Source of the DNA: Chamaesiphon sp.
GTDB taxonomy: Bacteria > Cyanobacteriota > Cyanobacteriia > Cyanobacteriales > Chamaesiphonaceae
Assembly: GCA_965246715.1 (NCBI GenBank)
Contig: CBDFFH010000036.1
Span: 32,001-96,000, forward strand
Length of the DNA: 64,000 bases
Direction: 5' to 3'
Made by a program: the position numbers and the translations under genes. The stretch's first letter is position 1. The number at the start of each line of letters is the position of its first letter. The notes under the pieces are model-generated. The model saw nothing but the letters and a program-made list of their open reading frames with translations, was not told where the DNA came from and did no database searches. Positions 31,581 through 45,216 of this stretch are shown here, piece by piece.

Positions 31581-32204
31581 TCAGCGTGGAATTTTCCTAA
31601 TAGTACAAGTCTCTAGCTTGAGTGGGCAGCTTCCAGCAAATTTATCATCAAGATATAGCTGAGTTAATCTACTCAAACTAGCTAGTGAGCTGATATCAAT
31701 GATTTGATTGTTAACAAGATTGAGCTGAGTTAACTTATTCAAACCAGCTAGAGATCTGATATCATTAATCTGATTTGAACCAAGGTCAAGTTCTGTTAAG
31801 TTTTTCAAACTAGCTAGGTGCCTGATACTGGTGATTTTATTGTCACGAAGATAGAGCTTCTTCAATTTATTTAAACCAGCTAAAGGTGTGAGATCGATAA
31901 CTTTATTTTTAGAAATTAAAATCTTGGTTAACTGATTCAATCTAGAAAGAGGTCTGATATCTGCAATCTCATTAGAACTCAGATCGAGATCGTTTAAATT
32001 ATTCAAACTAGCTAGAGGTCTAAGATCGACAATCTGATTGTCTTGAAGGCTGAGTTGAGCTAAATTATTTAAACCAGCTAGCGGTCTGAGATTGACGATC
32101 TGATTACCATTTAGAGCGAGTTCTGTTAAGTTATTCAAACTAGTTAGCGGTTTGATGTCAACAATCTGATTGGTACTAATATTGAGTTCGGTTAAATTAT
32201 TCAA
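31581..32204 (-). pseudogene. internalin-like leucine-rich repeat protein, N-terminus missing
   Basis: 22-aa LRRs (L..L.L..NQI.DL.PLA.L); repeats continue upstream of the ORF with no proper start. Confidence 0.7.
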
Positions 32205-32372
32205 ACTAGCTAGAGGTCTGAGATTGACGATCTGATTACCATATTAAATTTACACCAAATCCACCATCATTGCCACATTTAAATCCATTAGCAACAGAAG
32301 AAGCGAATCAATAAAACGATCGCACCCAGTGAGAAAATTTCTACTATTTTCTTGTTATGGCTAAATTATATT

Positions 32373-33143
32373 TTAATCTTCCATCAAGTTACTAATATCA
32401 ATGCAAATTTCTGATTTGACTGGGCAGTCTTTTATAGAGCTATAATCAATGTACAAGTTAGTTAATTTGTTCAAAGTAGCTAGGGGTTTGAGATTGTTAA
32501 CTTGATTATAAGCAAGATTGAGTATGGTTAAATTATTCAACTTAGCTAGTGGTTTAATGTCTGTAATTCTATTGAAGCTAAGGTTAATAAAAAATAATTT
32601 ATGCAAATTAGTTAGAGTGCTGATATCGGCGATCTGATTGTAGGAAAAGTTGAGTGCAGTTAAATTATTTAACTTAGTTATAGGACTGATATCGGCGATC
32701 TGATTGGAGGAAAGGTTGAGTGCAGTTAAATTACTCAACTTAGCTAGCGGTCTAATGTCACTGATTTTATTTTGATAAATATAGAGCCGAGTTAAGTTAT
32801 TCAAACTTGCTAGTGGTCTAAGATCGCTAACTTGATTACGACTAAGTTCGAGTTGAGTTAAGTTATTCAAATTTGCCAGCGGTCTAATGTCACTGATTTT
32901 GCTACGATTGAGATTGAGAATAGTCAAATTGTTGAGAAAACGATCGGCTTGTTGACAGTCTTTAGTACCCGATCTCTCCAACATTACATCAATTGTATGC
33001 TTGGTATTGTCAGGAAGATCGTTTTTCTGCTGACACCATTGGGCGAAAGTTTTAGTTAATGGCTGCTGTGCAGAAGCTATACTCACAGATGTCATCTGTG
33101 ACATTACAACTGAAATTAGGAGAAGTGTAAAAACTCTCATCAT
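32373..33143 (-). CDS. secreted internalin-like leucine-rich repeat protein
   Basis: signal peptide, FAQWCQQK cap, 22-aa LRRs. Confidence 0.9.
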   Translation of the reverse strand: MMRVFTLLLISVVMSQMTSVSIASAQQPLTKTFAQWCQQKNDLPDNTKHTIDVMLERSGTKDCQQADRFLNNLTILNLNRSKISDIRPLANLNNLTQLELSRNQVSDLRPLASLNNLTRLYIYQNKISDIRPLAKLSNLTALNLSSNQIADISPITKLNNLTALNFSYNQIADISTLTNLHKLFFINLSFNRITDIKPLAKLNNLTILNLAYNQVNNLKPLATLNKLTNLYIDYSSIKDCPVKSEICIDISNLMED

Positions 33144-33220
33144 GTTTTAATTTAACTCCCTCAGATCGATCGAGTGTAACAACTATTTCTTTAGAAAATA
33201 AACTGACGAAGCTCCACAAT

Positions 33221-36200
33221 CTAGGTGCTACCAAATCCGCCATCATCAACAAAAGGAGGAGCGACCGTTGCATCGATCGTACCATTTCCATTACCTAGAT
33301 AAGGAGTGAAAAGATTGTCAGATTCATTGACAGTCACAAGATCGACTCTACCATCGCGGTTCCAGTCGATGAGTTGTAATTTTCGGATGCTCCCTTGCGT
33401 ATAGTAGTTAACACTGGGGGCAAAATTCCGGCTTTTCTGGTTGTTAAGCACCGAGAAAGTATTAGTTTAACCATTTGCTGTGGCTAAATCTAAATAGCCA
33501 TCATTGTTAAGATCGCCAACGACTAGATCTGTAGTGGCATAATTAGTCGTGTAGTCAGTTCTGCTGCTGAATGTCCCATTATTACTGCCATACCACAGGG
33601 AAACACCCGTCGCATAACCACCCCCGAAAACATTACTCACAGCAGCAATATCCGTAAATCCATCTCGATCGAAGTCAGCAATGACAACTTTACTGGGAGA
33701 GTTACCAGTTATCAAACTAGTACCAGAAGTAAAGGTATTATTACCTTGATTCAGCCAGATTTTCAGACTAGAGTTGCTGTTAGCAACGATTAAATCTAAT
33801 TTGCCATCGTTATTAACGTCACCAACCGTCAAACTCTCAATCGGAGTACTAGTATCGAAGGTGGACTGGAAAGTAAAGCCAGTATTGCTACCAGATAACA
33901 AACTAATTTGACTGCTACCTTTGCGATAGGCAACTAGATCGGTATAGGTATCGCTGTTGAAATCGCCAAGCTTAAAAGCATTGGGTTCGAGATTGGGAAT
34001 GGTAATTTTTGTTGGGGTGTTAGCAAAAGTCCCATCACCATTACCGAGGGAAATACCGATCGAATCATTGCTACCATAACCTACACCTGATAAGACAAGA
34101 ATTGCATCTAGTTTACCATCTTTATTGATGTCTGCGAGTGCGGCAGAATTGACTGATACACCGTTTAAGGAGTTTTGTTGCCCGACGATTGCACCGTATG
34201 GATTGGTGGTTAATGTAGTTATTCCAGTTCCAGCAGTGTTATTAACTAGTAAGTCGATATAAGAATCATTATTGAGATCTCCGCTGGCTAGAGTTGTTAA
34301 ATTTCCCGCAGTTAATGGGTATAAACCTGTTGCGGTAAGATCGAGCGTTTCGATCCCAGTTCCCAACGGAATACCGGACGCATTACGAACGCGGGTTCGA
34401 TCTATTTGTAATTGATATTGCCCGATCCCAGCAAGACTCGATCGAATATCGATCGTATTAGAGTTAGCGATATTACTAATATTCTCGATTGGAATGAGGC
34501 GATCGTCGGTGGTATTAAATACGCGATCTATTCCTGCTTCGATGAGGCGAATCGCGCGACCATCGCTATTATCCAAGGTTACGGATTTATCAAAGATCAG
34601 GCTAAGATCGCGCAGTTGAGAAATGCTACTGCCGCTGGGCGTTGCTCCAATAATTTGCGGTGGGATGGCATCGGCGGCAACAATGTTAAGTTTGAGCTTG
34701 CTAGTAGTACTATTGCCACCCATATCCGTAGCAATTGCTTCGAGTTGCAAACTGTCGATCCCGCTACTGAGGGGCGGAACATCGATATAGAATGAAAATG
34801 GTGCAGAACCGTCAGGTGTCAAGCTTTGCCCGTTGACATTCAAGCGGACGTTACGAACTTGGACATCATCAACAGCACGTATTTCCACCCGCATTCTTCG
34901 ACTTTCGGCAATGTTATTATTAACAGCTCCCTGCGGCAGAATCGATAGAGTTGGTGCAACATTAGCAGTATCTGGTTCGAGATAGTTGAAGATACTCAAC
35001 CCGCCATTGCCATCGGCAATTAGTGCCAAGCCATCTTGAATCCAGAGATCCGACACGGTGCCAGGAGTATCGAATTCACCGATAAAGGCAAAATTACCAT
35101 TACTGTTGTTATGCAGATCCAGTTTTAAGTCATCAATAGTGGTGAGGGCTTTACCAGCAACTAAAACGTTGCCAGAACCAGTATCGACGATCGCTCCCTT
35201 ACCAAAAAGATTGACGTTATTGTTTGTCGGTAATACTCCGATGCTTCGTGGATTACTGAGATCGAGCGTAATAAAGCTCTCCCTGCCAGGAATAAAACCA
35301 TCCGTGGTGATGTAGGCGCGATCGTTTCCGACAGAAACTGCCGCTCCTGAGAGATTTACTTGCGATTGCAACGGTGGCGATATGAAATTTGGGCGTTGCT
35401 GAATTAATGTATGAAACGCACAAACAATTTTTGTAGGGGTAATGCCTCGTGCTTACCCCGCATCGATTCAGGGTACTCACAAGGGGCACCCCTACAAAAA
35501 ATCATACCCATATTCAGCAATGCCGAAATTTGTTTTGATGTCGTAGGCGGCAAAACTGCCACTAGTAAGGATATAGAGAGTGTCTCCACGCCCGATGACC
35601 TGTCTGATTGAACTACCAGCATTGAATCGAGCGATGAGTCGCTCGCCTTTGAGATCGACGATCGCCACTTGCCCATTACTGAGTCCGACATAGGCAGTGC
35701 GATCGACAATATCGATGCTAGTGCCGATGCCACCTAAATCCAGACTGGCTTTGAGAACGGGACGATCGCGATGGGTGACATTGACGATCGCCAGTTTGCC
35801 ATTGTTAGTTACGATCGCACTCAATTCAGTATTAGCATCGATCGAGCTATTAGCTAGGGCAATCGCCTCGCCGCCTAGAATACTAGATGGGATACTACTG
35901 ACAATCGTGGGCTGTTTGAGACGGGTAAAATCGACGATTTGAAAGCCACCAGCTCCCGCCGCTAGATAGGCAGTATCTTCTTTGGCGACGACATCCCGAA
36001 CGTAGCCGCCATTGAGTGGTGCGATACTACTGACGATCCCAAATGGTAGGGCATTCTTGCCAAGTACTTCGATCCCTTGTTGAAGTGCAGTGAAGTCGTC
36101 GATGCCGTCGCGGTTGGTATCGGGGCGATTGGGGTTGCTGCCGACAGTGAGTTCGATATCATCTGGTAGTCCGTCATAGTCGCGATCGGCTGCCGTACTC

Positions 36201-39200
36201 GCAGCAAATACAGCACTGCCAGAGAGGTTGATATTACGACCAGATTGAGGGGTAAGTCCGCTGGATGTACCGATTAAGCCAGTGACGGGATCGAAGGCAC
36301 TGAATCGATAGAATTGTTCTGGGGGTAGAAAGAGTTGGAAGTTTCCTCGGTTATCGCTCTTAGTACGCAGGACGGGAGAATTCTTCAAGTCGGGAGTTTC
36401 AACGGCAATATAGTCTTGTCCCCATTCTGGATAAATGGTAGAGGCTACACCAGTACCGACTACGCCGATCCGAATCTTACTAGCTTTGGGATCGTTGGTG
36501 GTCACTTCGATCGCTCCACGAATCAAACCGAGTCGGTTGGCAGCAAATTTAACAGCGGGAATCTCGAAGCTGTCACCAAGAGCGATCCGAATGGGGTTGG
36601 TGTTTAGATCTTGAGGAATACCAGTCAGGCTGAAGACATCACCGCCATCGATGACGCGAATATTGGTAATTTCTAAGGGATTGGTGAGAGTGCCGATAAC
36701 TTTGCTGACACTCTTGGTACTATTGCTCAAAACGCCGCCGAGATTATTGTTATCTAGTTGGAATTCTGCTGCTGGATTGAGAGATATTCCTTCACCGTTG
36801 AGATCGATAGTCAGGGTAGCATTTTGGGCTGCGTTGCTTTTGATAGTGAGTCGATCGCTGCCAGTACCGATTGCCGTCGGATCGAAAACAATTTGGATTT
36901 GGGTGCTTTCTCCACCAACTAGAGAGGTGGGAATGTTGGCGCGATCGAGGAGGCTAAAGCCGCTATTGCCATCAGCTAGATTGATGGAGGTTAGGTTTAG
37001 GGAGCCGCGACCAGCGTTAGAGATTGATATGGTCTTAATTTCACGCAAGCCTCCACTGCCATCAGCAGCGATCGGCTCGAAATCTAGGCGATTGCCATTA
37101 ATAATAAACTTGGTATCGAGATCTCTAAGAATAATATTAGGGATGGTTAAGGAAATTAAGTCTTGCTGTATAGGAATACCACTGAAAGCATGGTTGAAAT
37201 TTTGACGAAAAATATTCAATCCTGCCGTAATTGGTAGATCGCCATTTTTTTGTATTCCCATTGCTGCGGCTAATAACTCCTGATGAGATACATCAAATTT
37301 CAAATAGGGATCGTCTACTAGATCGGTACCTCTCATGATGTCATCGGGCGGAGTGTTCACAGCATTTCCGGCTGAATCATAGATATACGAATCACGCAAT
37401 CCAAATGTGTGACCAATTTCATGGCTGACTGTATTTGCAACAACTTCAGCAAATTTTGCATTAGAATTCCAACCTGTACGAATACCAACTGCCACCTCTA
37501 CGGAGCCAACAACCTTCTGATTGATCGCTTCACCCAATACAATTTGCTTAGCAGATTGACTGATGAGCACATTTGTTGGTAGTAAAGCTTGCAATGTAGT
37601 CTTATCCAAATCCCCTACAGTACGACCCGGTATGTCACCCAGGCTTACTGTACTGAAAATATCGTGCCAATTCACAGTGACATCCCCACCAACAGGGACA
37701 AATTTATATGCTGGCACAAGGCTGAATGATGACTCATTAATTGGTTTAAAATCAGCAGCCACGGCTGCTGATAAGTCATCGGCCTCCTGCTGTAGTTTCA
37801 TATCTAATTCAATGGTCGTGCCATTTCCACCAGGTAAAAACTTAGCAAATTGACTGGCAAATTTTGATGAAACCTGGGTGCTTTGATTACTACTAGTAGT
37901 TGATGGATATAGAAAATAGACACCACCGATTGATATTATTGATTGCAGAACTCTACGTAATTCTGCCTTATAGCCATTAAAATCATCAAGATTGAGATTG
38001 ATAGTTGTCGGCGCGGTAGCAGTAGCTTTAGCTATTAATTGTCCGACATTAATAGTGTCATCAGCTTGGATAGTAATCGTATCGGTTTTACTGTCAGCAG
38101 AAATTGGATCGAATACCCATTGAGTGCTACCGACCCCTGGGGATAATAGGGGATAAAGAAACTCATTACTAGTACCCGTGAAGTTAGTTTTCATATCGAA
38201 TCCTTGCCAGACATCGATATATTTGGTGCGTTTAAATCCACCCACACCATCAACAATAGTTCTGGCAAATATAGCAGTGTTACCAGTTTTACTAAGTGCA
38301 GCTTGTGCATCTAAAGCGTCTACCCAGCGATATAAATAGTATTTTTTGACTGTTGTTGTTTGCGAACCATCAGCTTCAACTTCAGTGTTAGTAATTTCGA
38401 TTTTAGAGCCATAAAGTTTATCCCGATCTAGGTTTTGAACTCCCCCAAACATGTCTTGATATTTTTTAGATTTTAGCTTAAAAGTTGCAGATAATGTAGA
38501 ACCTTGTTGAAGGGTAATTTCTTGATGAGTTAGCGAATTATCTACAGTTCCCGTTGATTCCATAAAATTGCCCAATGGACCATCGATATCGATCGTTATT
38601 ATTCGTTTTGGTGCATTGCTTTGTGATGGTGCAGATCCTTTGGGTGCTGGTGATGTTGGCGTACTTCCGAGTGGTGCAGCCCAACTGCCTAGATTGATTT
38701 CAGCACCTTCAGTCGTAACTAGAGGTAAGGCTTCGGTAGGGAGAGTTGTTACGTTGCTGGTACCATTTAAAGTCAATGCCAATGGTGGTGGCGAGCCGTA
38801 GCCACAACCGCCTGGAGGGGTAACACCGTGCCAACCAGGACGGGTAATGCCACTACCTGGATCGCTAGTGACGTAAAGACCATCGGCAGAAACTGTAGCG
38901 GTACCGTCGATGACAAGTTTGCCCGTCGTATGGTCGAAACTGAGGATATTTAATTGCGTTCCTGGCGGTGCGTCAAATACGTTAGGGATGGTAATCTTGG
39001 CTGGAGTAGCAAAATTGGCAACCCCATTAGCTTGAATGGTGATATCGAAGGTGTGTTGCAAGACCCCAGGCGGTAACATATCCCGCACCAAGTCGGGGGG
39101 GACTGTAGCTACTCCCACTCGAACGTTATTCACTGGCAAGCCATTTTCACCGATCGCGCTGCCGCCGTCAACTTCCAATCGCAAATACTGTCGCTGTTCG

Positions 39201-42200
39201 GGAGTAAGTTCGGGAGTGCCAGCCGCAGTAGCATTAACGATCGTCGTACCAGTTGACGAGACATCAGCAAAAATATCCCGCGCCAGACGCGGCAGATAGA
39301 TTTCTGGCATATTTGTCATGGCATAATTGGTAACACCTGGTTCGACGCTGACATCTAAGACCATTTCGGGAAAGTATAATGTCGGCGAGATGCCAGTAGC
39401 AGTGCGTCCGTCAACCGCTAATTTCACATCCCCAATCGGTGCGGATTCAAAGGTAAACCGCCCGTTAGCATCGGTATACACGGGCGAGTCTTCCATCCCC
39501 AAGATCGTTACTTTCACTCCCGCCAACGGATTCTTGTACACATCATCGTCGGTGTGTAATTGCCCATCAGCACCTGGTAGTCGATCGTCGAGGGTATTGG
39601 CTTGTCGATCGGCACCAGGCGACGATGCCAGTCAAGCGAGTCCCTGGTACTGGAGTAAGACTGACGGTATCGAAGCTAAAGGTAGTTTTGCCCCCAGGAG
39701 TGCCATCGACATCGGCATCGAGGAGACTGCTACCATTGGCGGCACGAATGAGATTGCCATCAACGGTCACTTGAATGCGCGAACTGGAGGGTAAGGGATT
39801 TTGGAAATACAACCACGCCCATTTACCATCGGTACTCGGCACGATCCGCGCAGCGAGTTTTGCACCATCGAACGTAGCATAGAGGCTGTCAGCAGTTAAA
39901 GTACTAGCATCGACGCTGTGGCTGAAGAATATTTGTGGGCGGAAGGTACTACCGACATCTAATGCGCCGTTAGCTGGATTGTAACCAGCGAGTTGGAAGG
40001 GCAAAGCGGGATCGGTATTGACTCGATAGGTTTGAGTCGTGACATTTCCCGCAGTGTCGCGTCCGGTGACAGTGAGGGTATGTGCGCCAGCGGTGAGGTC
40101 TTCAATCGGGAGACGACGATCGATCTGCGTAAATTCTCGTTCCAACGGAATAGTTTCGATCGCGCCATTATCGATCTGGTAAGACAGAGATGCCATATCG
40201 CTGCTGGTGCCATCGAGCGTCCCACTTAAAGCACTGCCAACGATGAGATTAGCACCATCGGCGAGATTACTCAGATTGAGAATGGGCGCAGTGCGATCGA
40301 GGGTAAAGCTGAGGCTACCAGTTTGTAAGATATTTTTGTTACTATCGACAATTTGCAGATTGAAGGTGTACCGTCCGTCGTCTAAGCTACCGCCATTAAC
40401 CGCACTCAACCGAGCGGTATCGAGTAATAATTTTCCGTCATTACTCACATCGGCAGTCAGATCGGCATAGGCGAGGAAGTTATCGACAAAACCACCTAAA
40501 ACTTGGAAGCTATTGGCAGGCAAACTAGTGAGACTAACTGCGATTGCGGGGATACTGGTAATCCGATCGCGCGTATCGCCAGTATCATTAGCTAGAGCTA
40601 GAGAAATTCGCGCCGATTGAGGAGATTTACGGAAGTTATTTGCTAATACGTAATTAGCAATGTTATCACCGAGTTTCAATCCTTCTTTTCCGGCAGTTTT
40701 GAAGTGAATCCCGCCATAAATACGGCTATCGCTAGCTTCTCCAGCCGCTGCTTGGAAACTATTGAAGTGACGGGTTATACCAGTTAGAACGGGGTTAACG
40801 GTACTGGCATTGAATTGATAGCTACTACCGAAAGCATCGGTTAAAATTGTCGCCGCCGCCCCACTAAAAGTACTGTGCCCGGATACATATTCGGGAAATA
40901 GCGGCGTAGGAATTAGCGGCTGCCAAGTAGTATCGGCAAGCGTATTTGGATTGTTATCGGTATTGGCTTGTTGAATGGCGGTTACTGGTCGCCAAAATTC
41001 GTAGGTATATTTGGAATCCCAAGCAGCAATTCCGGCATCGGCCAAGCTAACATTTAATGCAGCAAATAACCGTGCATTTTCGATGAGAGTATTACCCTCG
41101 CTCAACGCCGCTTCTTCGGCAATTTGGTTCCAATGTCCGCTCGGAGTATAAGTACCCAATCCATCCGCCCAAAATCGAGCGATTTGAGTTTGCTCGGCAG
41201 TTCGAGTCGTGCTATCAATTTTTCCTAATGCTTTGACCTGATTAAAGTCATTCGTGTAGGTTTCACTCGTTAAATCTGGTGGTGCTACCGGACGAAACTG
41301 ACTGCCAGTATCAAGGGCGAAAGGTGCCACTTCTCCCCATTCGGGCAATACCGCCAACCCACCAGCAGCGGTAGGTTGCCATTTACCAGCAGTAGGATCG
41401 GCAATATATTCATCTTCGATCGTTTCGGCTCCATCATTGCGTCGCCACGTTAACATTGCATCGGCAACTTCTCGTCCCAGTCGCACTCCATCTAGTTCCC
41501 CTGGAGTATCGGGGATGTTGGCTAAATCGACATTATAGGCGGCATCAAAGGTAGCCCGTTGTTGGGGATAAAGTTCGCTAAGGATGCGGTGAGCGGCAGC
41601 AGCAACAGCAGCTTCGGCACTAGTGCCGCTGGATGCGTTTAGATCGACACGATAGGCATTGTAGGTGTGAGTGACAGCGTTAACGGCATCGAAGATGGCA
41701 GCGTGTAACATCGCCAGCCGACGTGCGGCAGCAGGTGGTGGGGTGCGATCGGCGGTAATCGCCGCCAGCAGAATTTTATTCCATTTCAAAACGAGATCGG
41801 GATTGCTAGCAATTCGTTCGATATTAATGGCTTGACTGGTACTTTTATTACCAGCTAAATCTGAGGTGGAAATAGCAAAGTTATTGTTACCAACAGTCAA
41901 TCCTACAGCATCGAAATAGAAGTTACCGCTGCGATCGACTGTCGTGTTGGTGTTGCCATTATTCAGGGTGACGATCGAGTCTACTTCTGCCTGACCTGTG
42001 AGGTCGATCTTACCGCTGCTCAGCGAACTCACAGTATTTTTGAAGTTAGGAGTAGTTGGTGCGGTAGTATCGAGGGTAAATGCGAGGGTAGTCGTGGGGG
42101 TGATATTGCCAAATTCATCTTTAGCACTCAAACTCAGGGTATAGTTCCCATCGCTCAAGCTCCGTTTGGCGTTGGCGAAGCCTGTCCCCTGGACAATCGT

Positions 42201-43443
42201 TGCTAATTGCGCTCTAGAGAGGGTAAAACTACCATCGGCAGCTAATTGGGGTCGGATATCGGTATAGTTAGCCCCATCGAAACTAGCTCTAAATTCGATA
42301 ATATTGCTCGCATCCGTTACTTTGCCCAATATCGTTGGATCGTTAGTCAGCAGATCGCTATTACTCGTCCCCGTATCACTAGCTAATTTCAGTTCGACTA
42401 GAGGTGCGTCTTTATCTAAAGCGACGTTAACATTATAAGTTTTAGTTAAAACATTCCCCGCCACATCGCTAGCGGTAATCGTTAACGTATGCGCTCCATT
42501 AGTAATCCCTGTAAAGTCGATCGACCGATTAAAATTACCGCTAGCATCAGGGGAGATTTGGAGTAAATTACTGCTGTTATCCCAGTTGTAAACGATCCCG
42601 ACTAAACCGCTGCCTGTCGGATCGATCTTGCCGATTAATTTAGTATCATTCTTTAAGGGAGTGGTATCGATCGCATTCGTCAGCGTTAACAGTGGGACGA
42701 GAGTATCGACGACCAAACTTAGCGGTGCCGCAGTGCCGATATTTCCCGCCAGATCCGTTGCCGTGGCAATTAAACTATGGGCACCATTCGTCAGCGTGCT
42801 AGTAACGAGCTGCCAATTACCATCGCTACCGACGGTAGTTTGTCCGACTATTACCGTCCCTTCAGTTACTTTAATTTTCGCTCCAATCTCTCCCGTACCG
42901 CTAATCGTTGGCGTATTAATGTTAATAATCTTGTCGCTATTACTCACCCCCGTATCGCTATTCAACCGGACGGTAATCGCTGGTGGAGTAGTATCGGTCA
43001 GATCGAGGACATTGGCATAAGTAAAGGTCGAGTTACCATTAAAGGTGATATCCTTTAGACTCGTCACGGTCCCATAGATATCGCTATTACCATTGGTGCT
43101 AAAACTCCCACCACTATAGAAATTACCCCGTACCGTACCTTTGGTATTGAAGACTAAATTACGGGCACTAACAATCGCTAAATTATCCGCACTCGTCTGT
43201 CCGGTGGCACTATTAAAGACGATATCGCCGCTACCATTGGCAATGATATTATTGCCGCTAAAGTAGGAATTAGCATCTTGAGAGATATTACCAAAGGCGA
43301 TCGCACCGATACTATTAGCACGAACTCTAGCCAGGGTAATATTGCCATTATTTGCAATCAGATTGACATTAGTAAGGTCGTTATTCCCCGCAACGTTAAT
43401 ATTGCCATTCTCGACAATGATGATGTAATTGCTGAGGTTAATC
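33221..43443 (-). pseudogene. fragmented giant surface protein: Ig-like repeats, vanadium haloperoxidase/PAP2 domain, HExxH domain, LVIVD-like and FG-GAP repeats
   Basis: four consecutive ORFs separated by a frameshift near 39615, a MITE at 35392 and an in-frame TAA at 33467; 5' end cut by an IS4. Confidence 0.85.
35392..35524. mobile_element. MITE (GGCGTTGCTGAAT ends) interrupting the giant gene
   Basis: TIRs and 8-bp TSD GAAATTTG; removing the MITE plus one TSD (141 bp) rejoins the two ORFs in frame. Confidence 0.9.
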
Positions 43444-43705
43444 CCTGAAGGGGTGACAAGCACCCCTTAACTTCTTGCTATATATCGATTTTGGAAATCT
43501 AGACCACGAACATAACAGTCAATTTTATGGCGATCGATCATGACATATTGAGAAACTAATGTAGTGAGAAAGCCCCAATCAAATTTATAAAAGAGCAAGA
43601 CTTTAGAAACAGTGATAATTGAATGTCTAGCAGCGGGACGTTTGATATTATCAATTCTGACTAAATACTTTCGGTCTGTTTCAGTAGTGCAAATGCCATC
43701 AAATG

Positions 43706-45216
43706 CAGGTTAAACGCACTTAAATTTGTTATTACTAAAAACTTTGACGATCGAATGAATAAATAGCATCTAGAAATCTTGTAATTACTGCTAGGTAATA
43801 GTTAGAGCTAATTAACTATGTTAGAATTTAACAAATTTAATTTAACTAAAATGAAGCTGAAGCCAAAATATAGTATTATAGAACACTTCGAGAGTGTAGA
43901 AGACTACAGGACAGAGCGCGGGAAAAAGCATAAATTAATTGATATCATCACCATTACCATTTGTGCTGTAGTATCTGGAGCTGATACATGGATAGATATA
44001 GAAATTTATGGTTTGGCGAAGAAGGAATGGCTAGGTAAATTTTTAGAGTTGCCGCATGGTATTCCATCACATGATACATTTGGAAGGGTATTTTCACGAA
44101 TTAATCCTGAAGAATTTCAAAAAAGTTTCCTGAGTTGGGTTAAAGGAATATCTAAAATAACAGCAGGAGAAATAATTGCACTTGACGGCAAACAATCTCG
44201 AAATTCAGGAGATAATACTAATGGACAAGGTGTACTAAATACTGTTAGTGCATGGGCTGTAACTAATAGATTAGTATTAGGACAGAAAATGGTTGAGGGC
44301 AAATCTAATGAAATCACAGCACTTCCTGAATTAATTAAAGTTCTAGATTTAGCCGGATGTATAGTTACCATTGATGCAATGGGATGTCAAAGAGAAATAG
44401 TAAAAAAAATTGTTGAAAAAGATGCAGATTATGTAATTGCTGTGAAAAAGAATCAACCAAGTTTATACGACCAAGTAGAAAGGCTATTTAAACAGGCTAT
44501 TGCAACTGGTGGCGCAGGTTTCAATCTGAGTGATTTCAGGACTAAGGAGATTAATGGGGGTAGGGAAGAAATCCGTAATTATTTAATGATATCAGATGTT
44601 GCCGATCGAATAGATTCATCCCATAACTGGATGAAATTGACTAGTATTGCGATGGTTGAATCAGTAAGAACTATTGGGGATAAAACCACCGTAGAGACTC
44701 GTTATTTTATTAGTAGTTTAGCTAATAATGCCAAGAGAGTCGCCGGAGCAATTAGAGGTCATTGGGGGATAGAAAATTCACTTCATTGGGTACTTGATGT
44801 TTCTTTAAGAGAAGATTATAGTCGAATTAGGAAAGATAATGCGCCAGCTAATTTTGCAGTATTACGGCACATAGCTATTAACTTAATTAGTCAAAATAAA
44901 AGTCGGAAATTAAGTGTGAAAAGCAAGAGATTTCTAGCAGGTATAGATGACAAATACTTGGCTGAAATTTTAGAAGGTATTTTATAATTTACGAACTATT
45001 GGTTGAAATCAAATTACTTCTATAATATATCGACGATTTAAGTTATTCCTTCGATCGACTACTTTATATTGCATTAAATTAAATAAATATTGCCTTATAC
45101 TATACATCAGTTCTAATTGAATTCGTCGTAAATGTATTTAGTTCATAAATACTGCTTAAGTTGTATGTATTATTGAATTCGATCGCCTCATATCAAGTTT
45201 TGATGCGTTTAACCTG
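43706..45216 (+). mobile_element. ISAs1-family insertion sequence
   Basis: IRs CAGGTTAAACGCA / TGCGTTTAACCTG; 9-bp TSD CATCAAATG. Confidence 0.92.
43818..44987 (+). CDS. ISAs1-family transposase
   Basis: GIPSHDTF, ALDGK, KSNEITA, HWGIENSLHW. Confidence 0.95.
   Translation: MLEFNKFNLTKMKLKPKYSIIEHFESVEDYRTERGKKHKLIDIITITICAVVSGADTWIDIEIYGLAKKEWLGKFLELPHGIPSHDTFGRVFSRINPEEFQKSFLSWVKGISKITAGEIIALDGKQSRNSGDNTNGQGVLNTVSAWAVTNRLVLGQKMVEGKSNEITALPELIKVLDLAGCIVTIDAMGCQREIVKKIVEKDADYVIAVKKNQPSLYDQVERLFKQAIATGGAGFNLSDFRTKEINGGREEIRNYLMISDVADRIDSSHNWMKLTSIAMVESVRTIGDKTTVETRYFISSLANNAKRVAGAIRGHWGIENSLHWVLDVSLREDYSRIRKDNAPANFAVLRHIAINLISQNKSRKLSVKSKRFLAGIDDKYLAEILEGIL

Noticed and set aside
34412..43058. 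Antisense ORFs inside the second giant gene as further nested genes
   Set aside because: None shows recognizable motifs or a plausible start; consistent with shadow ORFs
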